DNA of 45,488 nt from Geminicoccaceae bacterium (GCA_036759485.1 DAIOUO010000001.1:1-45488); one strand, 5' to 3'; counted from the stretch's first letter, positions 6,884 through 16,654 are shown. Translations and numbers: made by a program. The notes: generated by a model from the sequence alone, not told the origin.

Positions 6884-7012
6884 CCTCGGCTCCCGATCGG
6901 CGCGCCGGCGCCTCGCTTGACCGTGCCGGCCGGCCCGCCCACGATTCGGCGAGGTCCGTCTATCGCGACAGTCGAGCCGTGGCCAGGGCCCGCGCGCTCG
7001 CGGGGAGGAGGC

Positions 7013-8716
7013 ATGGGGGAACCCCGCGTCGAGACCGCCGCAGAGGCCCTCCTCGTCCGTCTGGCGCAGCGCGGGGTCGAGTTCGTCCTGGCCAACGCAG
7101 GGACCGATTTCGCCCCCTTGATCGAAGGGCTCTGCCGGCTCCGGTCGGTCGGCACGGCCGTGCCCGAGATGCTGGCGATCGCCCACGAGAGCGTCGCCGT
7201 GGCGATGGCGCACGGCTACTGGCTCGTCACCGGCCGACCGCAGGCGGTGATGCTGCACACCAATGTCGGGCTCGCCAACGCGGTCATGGGTCTGATCAAC
7301 GCCGCCGCCGACGAGGTCCCGATGCTGGCCCTTTCGGGGCGGACGCCCGTGACCGAGACGGGGCGCGTCGGTTCGCGCGACCTGCCGATCCACTGGGGCC
7401 AGGAGATGCGCGACCAAGCGGCGATGGTCCGCGAGCTCACCAAGTGGGACTACGAGCTGCGCTTTCCCGAGCAGGTCGCGGATCTCGTCGACCGGGCGCT
7501 CGCGATCGCGGCGAGCCCGCCCGGGGGTCCGGTCTATCTGAGCCTGCCGCGCGAGGTTCTGTGCGCGCCTCGCTCGGAGTTGCTCGATCCGACCCCGCGC
7601 CAGGTACCGGCCGCTTCCTCGCGGCCCGATCCAGCGGCGATCGCCGAGGCGGCCGAATGGCTCGCCCGGGCCGAGCGGCCGCTCGTGGTGGCTCAGCGCA
7701 GCGGGCGCGACGCCGCCGGCATGGCGGCCCTGGTCCGTCTCGCCGAAGCCGCCGCGCTGCCGGTCGTCGAGCATTGGCCCGTGCGGATCTCGTTCCCGGC
7801 CGATCACCCGCTGCACGCCGGTTTCGACCCGCATCCCTTGGTCCGCGAGGCGGATCTGATCATCGCCGTCGACGCACCGGTTCCCTGGCTGCCGGGGCGA
7901 GCGGCCCCGCCGCCCGACTGTCGGGTCGTCACGCTCGGCGCCGATCCCTTGCACGCGCGGATCCCCGTCCGCTTCTGGCCGGCCGATCTCGTGCTCGCCG
8001 GGGATCCGACGGCCACCCTCGAGGCGCTCGCCGATGCCGTGAGCGAACGGCTGGGCGACGAGCAGGAGCGCCTCGCGCGGCGCAGAGCGGGGATCGGCAC
8101 GCTGAACGCGGCCTGGCGGGCGGCCGCGGCCGAACAGGCCGAGCGCGGCTCCGGCACTCCCATGAGCCCCGCCTGGGTCGGCCGCTGCTTGGCCCGCGCG
8201 ATCGGCGAGGACGGTGTGGTGTTCGCGGAGCTCGGCGTCGATCCGGCCCAGCTCGGTCGCACCCGGCCGGGCAGCTGGTTCAACCACGCCCTCTCGGGCG
8301 GTCTCGGCTGGGCGTTGCCGGCGGCGCTCGGCGCACAGCTCGCCGACCGCGACCGGCTCGTCGTCGCCACCGTCGGCGACGGCTCCTACCTGTTCGCCAA
8401 CCCGGTGGCCTGTCACCAGGTCGCAGCGGCGAACCGGCTGCCCGTGCTCACGATCGTGCTCGACAACGGCATGTGGAACGCGGTCCGCAAATCGACCCTC
8501 GCGGTCTATCCCGAAGGCCAGGCCGCGCGCGCCAACCGCATGCCGCTCACCGCCCTCGAGCCGCGACCCGATCACGCCGCGGTCTGCAGCGCCTGCGGCG
8601 GCTGGGGTCGACGGGTACGGGAGGGCGAGGCCTTGCCGGATGCGCTCGCCCAAGCCCTCCGGGTCGTGCGCGAGGAACGCCGGCAAGCCCTGCTCCAGGT
8701 CGAGGTGACGCCGTGA
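7013..8716 (+). CDS. Thiamine pyrophosphate-binding enzyme (acetolactate synthase large-subunit-like family)
   Basis: ATG at 7013 follows GGGGAGGAGG. The N-terminal region reads AEALLVRLAQRGVEFVLANAGTDFAPLIEGL...HESVAVAMAHGYW. The C-terminal TPP motif reads GGLGWALPAALGAQLA...VATVGDGSYLFANP...LTIVLDNGMWNAV. The substrate is not determinable by eye. Confidence 0.85.
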   Translation: MGEPRVETAAEALLVRLAQRGVEFVLANAGTDFAPLIEGLCRLRSVGTAVPEMLAIAHESVAVAMAHGYWLVTGRPQAVMLHTNVGLANAVMGLINAAADEVPMLALSGRTPVTETGRVGSRDLPIHWGQEMRDQAAMVRELTKWDYELRFPEQVADLVDRALAIAASPPGGPVYLSLPREVLCAPRSELLDPTPRQVPAASSRPDPAAIAEAAEWLARAERPLVVAQRSGRDAAGMAALVRLAEAAALPVVEHWPVRISFPADHPLHAGFDPHPLVREADLIIAVDAPVPWLPGRAAPPPDCRVVTLGADPLHARIPVRFWPADLVLAGDPTATLEALADAVSERLGDEQERLARRRAGIGTLNAAWRAAAAEQAERGSGTPMSPAWVGRCLARAIGEDGVVFAELGVDPAQLGRTRPGSWFNHALSGGLGWALPAALGAQLADRDRLVVATVGDGSYLFANPVACHQVAAANRLPVLTIVLDNGMWNAVRKSTLAVYPEGQAARANRMPLTALEPRPDHAAVCSACGGWGRRVREGEALPDALAQALRVVREERRQALLQVEVTP

Positions 8717-9159
8717 GCGGTGCCGAAAGCCCTTCGCGGGCCGGCCGCGTCCCCGCGGTCCGCACCCTCGCCATGCCGGCCGACACCAATCCCTCGGGCG
8801 ACATCTTCGGCGGGTGGCTCTTGGCGCAGATGGACATCGCCGCCGGGACCGTGGCGCACGATCGGGCCCGTGGCCGGGTCGTCACCGTGGCACTCGACGC
8901 GATGGCCTTCCACGCGCCCGTCTATGTGGGCGATCTCGTGAGCTGCTACGCCGAGGTCGTGCGAGTGGGCCGGACGTCCCTCACCCTCCATGTCGAGGCC
9001 TGGGCGCGACGCGGCCGGACGGGCGAGGAGGTCAGGGTGACCGAGGGGCGGTTCACCATGGTCGCCGTCGACCGGGAGGGGCGACCGCGCCCCGTGCCAC
9101 CGGGGGAGGACCCGTCGGGCCCGGCGGAGGGAGAGCGGAACGCCCCTCAGAGACCGTAG
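8713..9159 (+). CDS. Acyl-CoA thioesterase, YciA-like hotdog fold
   Basis: GTG at 8713 overlaps the upstream TGA (GTGA). The sequence VRTLAMPADTNPSGDIFGGWLLAQMDIAAG...VVTVALDAMAFHAPVYVGDLVSCYAEVVRVGRTSL is typical of the family. Confidence 0.85.
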   Translation: MSGAESPSRAGRVPAVRTLAMPADTNPSGDIFGGWLLAQMDIAAGTVAHDRARGRVVTVALDAMAFHAPVYVGDLVSCYAEVVRVGRTSLTLHVEAWARRGRTGEEVRVTEGRFTMVAVDREGRPRPVPPGEDPSGPAEGERNAPQRP

Positions 9160-10556
9160 TAGAGCTGGAACTCGACCGGGTGCGGGGTGGTGTCGACGAG
9201 CTCGATCTCGCGCCGTTTCAAGGCGATGTACGCCCGAATGAGGTCGGCCGACATGACCTCCCCGGCGAGCAGGAACTCGTGGTCCTCCTCGAGCGCGGCG
9301 AGCGCCTCGTCGAGCGAGCGGGCCACGGTCGGCAGATCCTGGACCTCCTCGGGCCGCAGGTCGTAGACGTTGCGGTCCATGGCGTCGCCCGGCTCGAGCT
9401 TGCGCTCGACCCCGTCGAGACCCGCCATGAGGATCGCGGTGAAGGCGAGATAGGGGTTGGCCGAGGGGTCGGGAAAGCGGACTTCGATCCGCTTGCGCTC
9501 CGGCCGCGCGGCGTAGGGAATACGGATCGCGGCCGACCGGTTGTGTGCGGCGTAGGTCAGAAGCGTCGGCTCCTCCGCTCCGTGCCGCAGCCGCTTGTAG
9601 CTGTTGGTCGTGGGGTTCGTGAACGCGTTGAGCGCCCGGCCGTGCTGGATGATCCCGGCGATGAAGGAGAGGCAGGTCGGCGACAGATCGGCGTAGCCCT
9701 GACCCGCGAAGACCGGACGGTCGCCCCGCCAGAGTGCCTGGTGCACGGCGAGACCCGAGCCCGGCTCGTCGGCCAGTGGCCGCGGCATGAAGGTCGCCGA
9801 CTTGCCGTAGGAAGCGGCCACCTGGTGCGCGCAATATTTGAGGATCTGTACCCGGTCGGCGGTCGCGAGGAGCCCGGCGGCGGCGAAGCTCATCCGGTTC
9901 TGCAGGGTCGCCGCGCCATGGTCGTGCTGCACCCGGCCGAAGCCGAGGCTCACGAGGATGCTCGCGAGCTCGGCGCGGATGTCGCTCATGTGGTCGGAGG
10001 GCGGCAGAGCGAGCTGGGCGGCTCCCGGATGGGGTCGATGCCCCGGGTTGCCCGGATGATAGGCCTGCGCTCCGGCCGCCCGCCCTTCGCTCCCGGACAG
10101 GCGAAAGGCGGCCGCGCTCGACCCGACCTCGATCCGCACGTCGTCGAAGAGGAAGAAGAACAGCTCGGCACCGACCGTGACTCGGTCGGCGATCCGCTGG
10201 CGGGCGAGCCAGGCCTCGGCGCGCGCAGCGGCCGAGCGGGGGTCGCGCTCGTAGCCGGTCCCGGCCGCCGGGTCGGCGGCATCGCAGAGGATCACGAGGG
10301 TCGGCTGAGCAGCGAACGGATCGAGAAAGGTGGCCGAGAGATCGGGGCGCACGAGCAGATCCGCCTCGCTCACTTCCCGCCAGCCCGGCACCGCCGAGCC
10401 GTCGATCATCAAGCCGTGCTCGAGGATCTCGCGGTCGACGCTCGCGGCGTCGATCGTCGTGTGGCGCCAACGGCCGCCGAGGTCGGTGAAGCGGAGATCG
10501 ACCATCCGCACCCCTTCCCGGCCGATACGCTCCAGGACCGCCTCGACCTCGGCCAT
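9147..10556 (-). CDS. glnA: Glutamine synthetase type I
   Basis: 469 aa. The N-terminal beta-grasp region reads VRMVDLRFTDLGGRWRHTTI...MIDGSAVPGWR. The catalytic-domain motifs include KPLADEPGSGLAVHQAL and NSYKRL. Confidence 0.95.
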   Translation of the reverse strand: MAEVEAVLERIGREGVRMVDLRFTDLGGRWRHTTIDAASVDREILEHGLMIDGSAVPGWREVSEADLLVRPDLSATFLDPFAAQPTLVILCDAADPAAGTGYERDPRSAAARAEAWLARQRIADRVTVGAELFFFLFDDVRIEVGSSAAAFRLSGSEGRAAGAQAYHPGNPGHRPHPGAAQLALPPSDHMSDIRAELASILVSLGFGRVQHDHGAATLQNRMSFAAAGLLATADRVQILKYCAHQVAASYGKSATFMPRPLADEPGSGLAVHQALWRGDRPVFAGQGYADLSPTCLSFIAGIIQHGRALNAFTNPTTNSYKRLRHGAEEPTLLTYAAHNRSAAIRIPYAARPERKRIEVRFPDPSANPYLAFTAILMAGLDGVERKLEPGDAMDRNVYDLRPEEVQDLPTVARSLDEALAALEEDHEFLLAGEVMSADLIRAYIALKRREIELVDTTPHPVEFQLYYGL

Positions 10557-10709
10557 GAACCCTCCATCGCTTTCCCTCCGCTGTAGCGCACCCCCGGTAC
10601 GCGGTGGAAGGCCCGCTCGAGGGCTCGTTCACCGTCCTTCAACCGTGACCTCGGAGAACTGCTTCGACCGTCGCGGCGGGCGACCGCGCTTCGCATCGGA
10701 GACCAGCGC

Positions 10710-10934
10710 ATGGCGGACGCGATCGCCTATGCCCATGCCGGGTACGTGCTCTGCGCCGTGCCTTCGGGAAGGGGTTGGCAGGCGCGGGCGCTCCTCGGCG
10801 AGTGTACGATCGCCGGAGCCGAAGGACCCACCCCCGATCTGGCGCTCGAGCGGGTCAAGGCCGCGCTCGAGCGCCTACCGCGTCAGCCGGTGCCCGCTTC
10901 CCACGAGCGTGCCTCGAGCCAGGCGAGCAGCTGA
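10710..10934 (+). CDS. Hypothetical protein (74 aa)
   Basis: ATG ORF with moderately high GC3. Its 3' end overlaps the convergent hydrolase gene by about 50 nt. No recognisable family. Confidence 0.3.
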   Translation: MADAIAYAHAGYVLCAVPSGRGWQARALLGECTIAGAEGPTPDLALERVKAALERLPRQPVPASHERASSQASS

Positions 10935-11596
10935 GCCGTCACCGCCTCGGGCCGCTCGAGGGGTGCGAGGTGGCCGCAGTTCGGCAACACGACGAGCGTG
11001 GCCTCCGGAATCGCTGCTGCCATCTCCTCGTGCAGCGAGGGCGGCGTCAGCCGATCCTGACGGCCGCACAACACGAGCGTCGGGCAGCGGATGGACGCGA
11101 GCAGCGGTCGGCTGTCGGGCCGCTCCAGGATCGCCCGCTGCTGGCGCAGGAACGCCTCTTTGCCGACCGCCGCCGCCATCGCGGTCACGACCGGTCCGAG
11201 CCGCTCGAGGTGGTCCGGGTGCAGGAACAAGGGCAGGAGGCGCGGCGCCACGCCCAGGAACTCGCCGCGCTCGGCGAGCGCCACGAGGTCCCGGCGGCGC
11301 TGCGCGGCCTCGGTCGTGTCGCCGCGGGCTTGCGTGTCGAGAAGAGCGAGCCGGGTGACCCGGTCGGGTGCCCGACGCACCACCTCGAAGCAGACATAGC
11401 CCCCCATGGAGAGGCCGGCGAGGGCGAACCGTTCCGGTGCCGCGGCCAAGAGCCGCTCCGCCATCGCCCCTAGGCTGTCGTCGAGCCGCGTCTGCGCGAC
11501 ACTGACCGCCGTGCGGGCGGCGAGCGCCGGGAGCTGTGGAGCGAAGAGACGCTCGTCGCACAGCAGGCCCGGCACCAGGATCAGAGGCTCGCTCAC
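10883..11596 (-). CDS. Alpha/beta-fold hydrolase
   Basis: GTG at 11596 overlaps the upstream TGA (GTGA). The sequence reads VSEPLILVPGLLCDERLF..., with the nucleophile elbow GLSMGG and a C-terminal NCGHLAPLERPE. The longer listed ORF (to 12055) overlaps the isochorismatase gene out of frame. Confidence 0.8.
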   Translation of the reverse strand: MSEPLILVPGLLCDERLFAPQLPALAARTAVSVAQTRLDDSLGAMAERLLAAAPERFALAGLSMGGYVCFEVVRRAPDRVTRLALLDTQARGDTTEAAQRRRDLVALAERGEFLGVAPRLLPLFLHPDHLERLGPVVTAMAAAVGKEAFLRQQRAILERPDSRPLLASIRCPTLVLCGRQDRLTPPSLHEEMAAAIPEATLVVLPNCGHLAPLERPEAVTAQLLAWLEARSWEAGTG

Positions 11597-12156
11597 GACG
11601 GCCGTCCCTCGCGGATCCAAGGGGCGATGGTCCGGAACTCCTCGGTGCCGGCGCGCTCCAGCCACTCGAAGAGCACCATCTCGACATCGACGACGTCGCA
11701 GCCTCCCGCACGCATGCGCTCCAACGCGAGCGCTCGGCTCTCCGGGCGGCGCGAGCCGACGGCGTCGGCGACGACGGCGACCCGGAAACCTTCGGTACGG
11801 AAGCCGAGCGCGCTCTGCAGCACGCAGACATGGGCTTCCATCCCCGTGAGCAGGACGGTGCGCCGACCGGTGGTCCGGACGGCCTCGAGGATCCCCGGGT
11901 CCCGGGCGCAGGAGAACGCGGTCTTGGCGAGCCTCGGGGCGTTGCCGAGGCTCTTCTTCAAGGCCTCGACCGTTTCGCCCAGGCCCCTCGGATACTGCTC
12001 CGACGCGACCACCGGCACGGCCAGCCGGCGCGCCGCTTCGACCAGCAGCCGGCAACGGTCGATCACCATCGGACCGTCGGCGATCACCGGGGCCAGGCGT
12101 TCCTGAACATCGACCACGAGCACGAGGCAGTCGCCGCGCGCGAGCAGCTCGGACAT
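11593..12156 (-). CDS. Isochorismatase-family cysteine hydrolase
   Basis: The internal ATG at 12156 is preceded by GGAGGAGGGG. The sequence MSELLARGDCLVLVVDVQERL...VVASEQYP...VLLTGMEAHVCVLQSAL is typical of the family. Confidence 0.85.
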   Translation of the reverse strand: MSELLARGDCLVLVVDVQERLAPVIADGPMVIDRCRLLVEAARRLAVPVVASEQYPRGLGETVEALKKSLGNAPRLAKTAFSCARDPGILEAVRTTGRRTVLLTGMEAHVCVLQSALGFRTEGFRVAVVADAVGSRRPESRALALERMRAGGCDVVDVEMVLFEWLERAGTEEFRTIAPWIREGRPS

Positions 12157-12297
12157 CGTCCCCTCCTCCGCTCCCGACGCGAGAAGGGTCCGGCCGCGGC
12201 GGTTTGTCAAACGGCTCGCCCGTTCGTTGACAAGTGCAAAGCGGTGACTACCTAGAAGGTCGGACCACCAGATCAACGAGATCGGAACAACCGTACT

Positions 12298-13773
12298 TTG
12301 TCAGAGACCAACGCTCCCCGCTTCGAGGATCTCGGCCTGCGCGACGAGATTCTCCGGGCGGTGGCGGAGGCCGGCTACGTGGAGCCGACCCCCATCCAGG
12401 CGCGGGCGATCCCCGCGATCCTCGCCCGCCGCGACGTGATCGGGATCGCCCAGACGGGCACCGGCAAGACCGCGTCCTTCGTCCTGCCGATGCTCCACAT
12501 CCTGGCCTCGGGCCGAGGCCGAGCGCGGATGCCGCGCTCGCTGATCCTCTCCCCGACGCGCGAGCTCGCAACCCAGACCGCCCGCAATTTCGAGATCTAC
12601 GGCAAGCATCTCAACCTTTCCATGGCGCTCTTGATCGGCGGGGTCGGCATGGGCGATCAGGAGCGACTCTTGGACAAGGGCGTGGACGTCCTGATCGTCA
12701 CGCCCGGTCGCCTCCTCGACTGGTACGAGCGAGGCCGGATCCTACTGGGAGGTGTCGAGATCCTGGTGATCGACGAAGCCGACCGGATGTTCGACATGGG
12801 GTTCATGCCCGATGTCGAACGAATCGTCTCGCTCCTCCTCGGCCGCAAGCAGACGCTTCTGTTCTCGGCGACGATGCCGCCGGAAGTGCGCCGGCTGGCC
12901 GAGCGATTCCTGCACGATCCGGTCGAGATCCAGGTGGCCCGGCCGGCCAGCAAGGCCGAGAACGTCGAGGACTTCGTGGTGGAAGTCTCGCGCGACCACA
13001 AGCGCGCCGTGCTCGTCCAGCTCATCCGCAGTCAGGCCGTGCCGAAGGCGATCGTGTTCTGCAACCGAAAGCGCGATATCGGCGCGGTGATGCGACATCT
13101 GCAACGAGCCGGCCTGAACGCCCGTGATCTCCATGGCGACCTCGAGCAGGTCCATCGCCAACAGACCCTCGACCAGTTCACCTCCGGTGCGATCGATTTT
13201 CTCGTCGCCACGGATGTCGCTGGCCGCGGCCTCGACATCTCCGACATGCCGGTCGTGATCAACTTCGACGTGCCGATGAACCCGGAGGACTATGTCCACC
13301 GGATCGGCCGCACCGGCAGGGCGGGCCGCAAGGGCCGGGCCTTCACGCTCGTGACACCGGAGGACGCCCGTTACCTGGTCGCGATCGAGAAGCTCACGAA
13401 GCGGGCGATCCCGCGCCTGAGCCTGGGCGAGGATCGGGCGGCGAAGGAGACGGAGGCGGTCGCCGAGCGGTCCGGAGCCGAGCGCGGGCCGGCATCCGCT
13501 TCCGCCGGCTCCGACGGGCGCCGGCGTCGGGCTCCGGCCACACAGCGCGCGGCACCCGCGGCGCCTGCGGCGCGCGAGCCCGCGGCGGCCCACCAGGCAG
13601 CCGAGAGCAGGCCGGCCCCGGCGAGGCGCGAGCCGGCACGTCGCCTCGAGGTGGCGGCGCGGCGACGGCCCGAGGCGCGGCGGGAGGTCGGCGAGGAGCG
13701 TCCGGTCGTGGCGTTCGGCGAGCACGTGCCGCGCTTTTTGATGACCGAGCCGCGGCTTCGAAAGTCGGCTTGA
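12298..13773 (+). CDS. rhlE: DEAD-box ATP-dependent RNA helicase with an Arg/Ala-rich C-terminal tail
   Basis: The sequence contains a Q-motif region (FEDLGL...PTPIQARAIP), Walker A (AQTGTGKT), DEAD (VIDEADRM), SAT, and HRIGRTGRAG. Confidence 0.92.
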   Translation: MSETNAPRFEDLGLRDEILRAVAEAGYVEPTPIQARAIPAILARRDVIGIAQTGTGKTASFVLPMLHILASGRGRARMPRSLILSPTRELATQTARNFEIYGKHLNLSMALLIGGVGMGDQERLLDKGVDVLIVTPGRLLDWYERGRILLGGVEILVIDEADRMFDMGFMPDVERIVSLLLGRKQTLLFSATMPPEVRRLAERFLHDPVEIQVARPASKAENVEDFVVEVSRDHKRAVLVQLIRSQAVPKAIVFCNRKRDIGAVMRHLQRAGLNARDLHGDLEQVHRQQTLDQFTSGAIDFLVATDVAGRGLDISDMPVVINFDVPMNPEDYVHRIGRTGRAGRKGRAFTLVTPEDARYLVAIEKLTKRAIPRLSLGEDRAAKETEAVAERSGAERGPASASAGSDGRRRRAPATQRAAPAAPAAREPAAAHQAAESRPAPARREPARRLEVAARRRPEARREVGEERPVVAFGEHVPRFLMTEPRLRKSA

Positions 13774-13782
13774 GGTGCGCCC

Positions 13783-14025
13783 ATGCAGACCATCTTCGTT
13801 CTCGTCAAGTGCGACCTCGGCCGCGCCTACGAGGTCGCGGATGCCGCCGTGCAGTCGATCGAGGAAGTGTCCGAAGTCTACTCGATTTCGGGCCAGTACG
13901 ATCTTCTCATGAAGTTTCATCTGCCGGGAGGCACCGATATCGGCCGCTTCGTGACGAGCCGCGTCCAGACCCTCGACGGCGTGAAGGACACCTTCACGCT
14001 GATCACCTTCAAGGCCTTCAGCTGA
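13783..14025 (+). CDS. Stand-alone Lrp/AsnC ligand-binding (RAM) domain protein
   Basis: 80 aa. The sequence MQTIFVLVKCDLGRAYEVADA...VSEVYSISGQYDLLMKF...TFTLITFKAF shows the typical small AsnC-type domain pattern. Confidence 0.8.
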   Translation: MQTIFVLVKCDLGRAYEVADAAVQSIEEVSEVYSISGQYDLLMKFHLPGGTDIGRFVTSRVQTLDGVKDTFTLITFKAFS

Positions 14026-14045
14026 GCCGCGACGGGCGCACCACC

Positions 14046-14672
14046 GTGGCGGAAGGCCGGCAGGCGGTCGAGATTCTCGCCCGCGAGCGTCTGCATCAAG
14101 GCTTCTACACGCTCGAACGGCTCGTCCTGCGCCACCGTCGCTTCGACGGTGGCTGGACCCGTCCTCTCCGACGCGAGCTCCTCCGCCAGCGCGACGCCGT
14201 CGCGGCACTGCCCTACGACCCCGACACGGATCGGGTGCTGCTCGTCGAACAGTTCAGGGTCGGCGCCCTCGAGGCGCCCGACGGCGCGTGGCTCCTCGAG
14301 GCCCCGGCGGGCCTCCTCGAGCCGGGCGAGAGCGTCGAGGACTGCGCCCGCCGCGAGCTCCGCGAGGAGTGTGGGCTCGCGGTCGGCCGCCTCGAGCGGG
14401 CGCTGATCTATCGCTCGAGCCCCGGGGGCACGAGCGAAAGCGTCACGGTCCTCGTGGCCGAGGCCCGTCTCGATGGGATCGGCGGGCCGTTCGGCGCCGC
14501 GCACGAGGACGAGGACATCCGCGTGTTGGTGATGTCGGCGGCGGAGGCCTTCGCGCTCGTCGGAGCCGGCCGGATCGTCGCCACCACCGGTTTGGTGCCG
14601 CTCCTCTGGCTCCAGCTCCATCGGGAACGGTTGCGCAGCGCGTGGCGCCCGGCCGCGGCGGCCGGTGCTTGA
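14046..14672 (+). CDS. nudF: ADP-ribose pyrophosphatase (NUDIX hydrolase)
   Basis: In-frame GTG at 14046 follows the AsnC-like gene. The sequence reads LRHRRFDGGWTRPLRRELLRQRDAVAALPYDPDTDRVLLVEQFR, with the Nudix box GLLEPGESVEDCARRELREECG. The start is uncertain and the SD is weak. Confidence 0.78.
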   Translation: MAEGRQAVEILARERLHQGFYTLERLVLRHRRFDGGWTRPLRRELLRQRDAVAALPYDPDTDRVLLVEQFRVGALEAPDGAWLLEAPAGLLEPGESVEDCARRELREECGLAVGRLERALIYRSSPGGTSESVTVLVAEARLDGIGGPFGAAHEDEDIRVLVMSAAEAFALVGAGRIVATTGLVPLLWLQLHRERLRSAWRPAAAAGA

Positions 14673-14734
14673 AAGCTGGCGCCGGCGGGCCTAGGTCGCG
14701 AGCGGCGAGGTCACCGATCGGTGCGGGAAGCTGC

Positions 14735-15022
14735 ATGCAGGCGCGCATCTATCAACCGGCCAAGACGGCGGTGCAGTCCGGCCGGTTCAAGACCCGGACC
14801 TGGGTGGTCGAGTACGAACCCCGCTCGCCCAAGGTGCCCGATCGGCTGATCGGCTGGGTCGGCTCCGACGACACGGCCCAGCAGGTGCGGCTCCAGTTCC
14901 CCACCAAAGAGGCGGCCATCGCTTGGTGCGAGCGCAACGGGCTCGACTACACCCTGAGCGAGCCGCATCCGCGCATCGTGCGGCCGAAGTCCTACGCCGA
15001 CAACTTCATTCGCCGCGTCTGA
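14735..15022 (+). CDS. ETC complex I subunit conserved-region protein (NDUFS4-like)
   Basis: Internal ATG at 14735. The sequence MQARIYQPAKTAVQSGRFKTRTWVVEYEP...LIGWVGSDDTAQQVRLQFPTKEAAIAWCERNGLDY...KSYADNF shows the pattern typical of the alphaproteobacterial NDUFS4-like protein. Confidence 0.85.
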   Translation: MQARIYQPAKTAVQSGRFKTRTWVVEYEPRSPKVPDRLIGWVGSDDTAQQVRLQFPTKEAAIAWCERNGLDYTLSEPHPRIVRPKSYADNFIRRV

Positions 15023-15112
15023 GCGGAGCTCCGAGGGGGGTCGTCAGCGCCACGATCCGGCTTGCGGGCTCCGCCCGGCCGGCCGATCCTCGGGCGTGAA
15101 CCGAGAGACGGG

Positions 15113-16654
15113 ATGGCGAAGGGCGCGTTCGATCTCGCGATCGTGGGCGGTGGCGTGAACGGCTGCGCGATCGCGCGCGACGCGGCCGGGCGGGGTCTCT
15201 CCGTCGTCCTGATCGAGCAAGGCGATCTGGCCTCGGCCACCTCCTCGGCCTCTACCAAGCTGATCCACGGCGGACTCCGGTATCTCGAACATTTCGAGTT
15301 CCGCCTCGTCCGCGAGGCGCTCGTCGAGCGCGAGATTCTGTTGCGCTCTGCCCCCCATTTCATTTGGCCCCTGCGGTTCGTCTTACCGCACCGACCCGGA
15401 CTTCGGCCGGCATGGGTCGTTCGCGTCGGTCTTTTCCTTTACGATCACTTGGGGGGCAGAGAGATCCTCCCCGCCTGCCGCAGCCTCGATCTGCGGAGCG
15501 ACCCGGCCGGAGCCCCGCTCCGCCCGGACCTTCGCCGTGCCTTCGAATATTCGGACTGTTGGGTGGAGGACGCGCGTCTCGTGATCATGTGCGCCCGCGA
15601 CGCCGCCCGGCTCGGGGCCGACATTCGCCCACGGACCCGCTGTACGAAGGCCCTGAGCACCGACGGCCGATGGCGGCTCCGGCTCGAGGACCGGTCGCGC
15701 GGGGGGGTCGAGGAGGTCGTTGCGCGGGCGCTCGTGAACGCGACCGGTCCCTGGGCCGCACGGTTCCTCGAGCAGGTGGTGAGCACACGGCCACCCGCCC
15801 GCGTCCGGCTCGTCCAAGGCAGCCACATCGTCACCCGGCGGCTCTTCGATCACGATCGCGCCTACATCTTCCAGAACGAGGACGGCCGGGTCTGTTTCGC
15901 GATCCCTTACGAGGGCGACTTCACGCTGATCGGTACGACCGACCGGGACATCGAGGGCGATCCCGGCGAGGCTCGGATCAGCGAGGACGAAACGGACTAC
16001 CTCCTCGCTGCGGTCAATCGCTGGTTCCGGCGACCGGTGGGGCGCGGTGACATCGTCTGGAGCTATACCGGGGTTCGGCCGCTCTACGACGACGGCGCGA
16101 GTGCCGCGCAGGAGGCGACCCGCGACTATGTGCTCCATCTCGACGACGGCAGCGGAACCGCGCCTCTGCTTTCCGTCTTCGGCGGCAAGATCACGACCTG
16201 CCGCCGACTCGCCGAAGCGGCGTTGGCGCGGCTCGCGCGGTTCTTCCCGGGGCTGGGTCCTCCTTGGACGGCCGGCGCGCCGCTTCCGGGCGGCGATTTT
16301 CCCTGGGACGGCTTCGAGGCGCTCGTCGGCGATCTGCGACACCGCTATCCGTTCCTGGGCGAGGCGCTGGCACGCCGTCTCGCTCGCTATCACGGTACCC
16401 GAACGTTCGCGCTGCTCGGCGACGCACGCTCTCTCGAGGATCTGGGCGAGGCCTTCGGCGCGGGCCTCTACGAACGCGAGGTGGACTGGATGGTCCGCGA
16501 GGAGTGGGCCGAGGCGGTCGACGACATTCTCTGGCGGCGAAGCAAGCTCGGCCTGCGTATCGATCCTGCCGGCCGCGAGCGGCTCGCCGCCCGGCTGGCG
16601 GGGGTCAGGGGTTCGCGCACCGGTGCCGTAGTCGACGGCGCCGCACCCGCTTGA
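15113..16654 (+). CDS. glpD: Aerobic glycerol-3-phosphate dehydrogenase (FAD-dependent)
   Basis: From the ATG at 15113 the sequence reads MAKGAFDLAIVGGGVNGCAIARDAAGRGLSVVLIEQGDLASATSSASTKLIHGGLRYLEHFEFRLVREAL. Confidence 0.9.
   Translation: MAKGAFDLAIVGGGVNGCAIARDAAGRGLSVVLIEQGDLASATSSASTKLIHGGLRYLEHFEFRLVREALVEREILLRSAPHFIWPLRFVLPHRPGLRPAWVVRVGLFLYDHLGGREILPACRSLDLRSDPAGAPLRPDLRRAFEYSDCWVEDARLVIMCARDAARLGADIRPRTRCTKALSTDGRWRLRLEDRSRGGVEEVVARALVNATGPWAARFLEQVVSTRPPARVRLVQGSHIVTRRLFDHDRAYIFQNEDGRVCFAIPYEGDFTLIGTTDRDIEGDPGEARISEDETDYLLAAVNRWFRRPVGRGDIVWSYTGVRPLYDDGASAAQEATRDYVLHLDDGSGTAPLLSVFGGKITTCRRLAEAALARLARFFPGLGPPWTAGAPLPGGDFPWDGFEALVGDLRHRYPFLGEALARRLARYHGTRTFALLGDARSLEDLGEAFGAGLYEREVDWMVREEWAEAVDDILWRRSKLGLRIDPAGRERLAARLAGVRGSRTGAVVDGAAPA

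Noticed and set aside
5066-7012. N-terminal 649 codons of the listed 1216-aa plus-strand ORF, plus ORFs 6979-9159, 8572-10632 and 8814-10586
   Set aside because: These are antisense to, or out of frame with, parE, the TPP enzyme, the thioesterase and glnA. Only the segments annotated above show family motifs and proper start contexts.
6884-8686. N-terminal 601 codons of the listed 1264-aa minus-strand ORF that contains parE
   Set aside because: The region upstream of the MGDLLDG start has no topoisomerase similarity, is Arg/Gly/Pro-rich, and is antisense to the TPP-enzyme gene. parE starts at 6883.
10557-10709. NtrC-binding sites, a sigma-54 promoter, or a missing glnB upstream of glnA
   Set aside because: I could not find a convincing TGGCAC-N5-TTGC or TGCACC-N-GGTGCA element by eye. 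No PII-like ORF lies upstream, but glnB can be located elsewhere, so its absence here is not informative.
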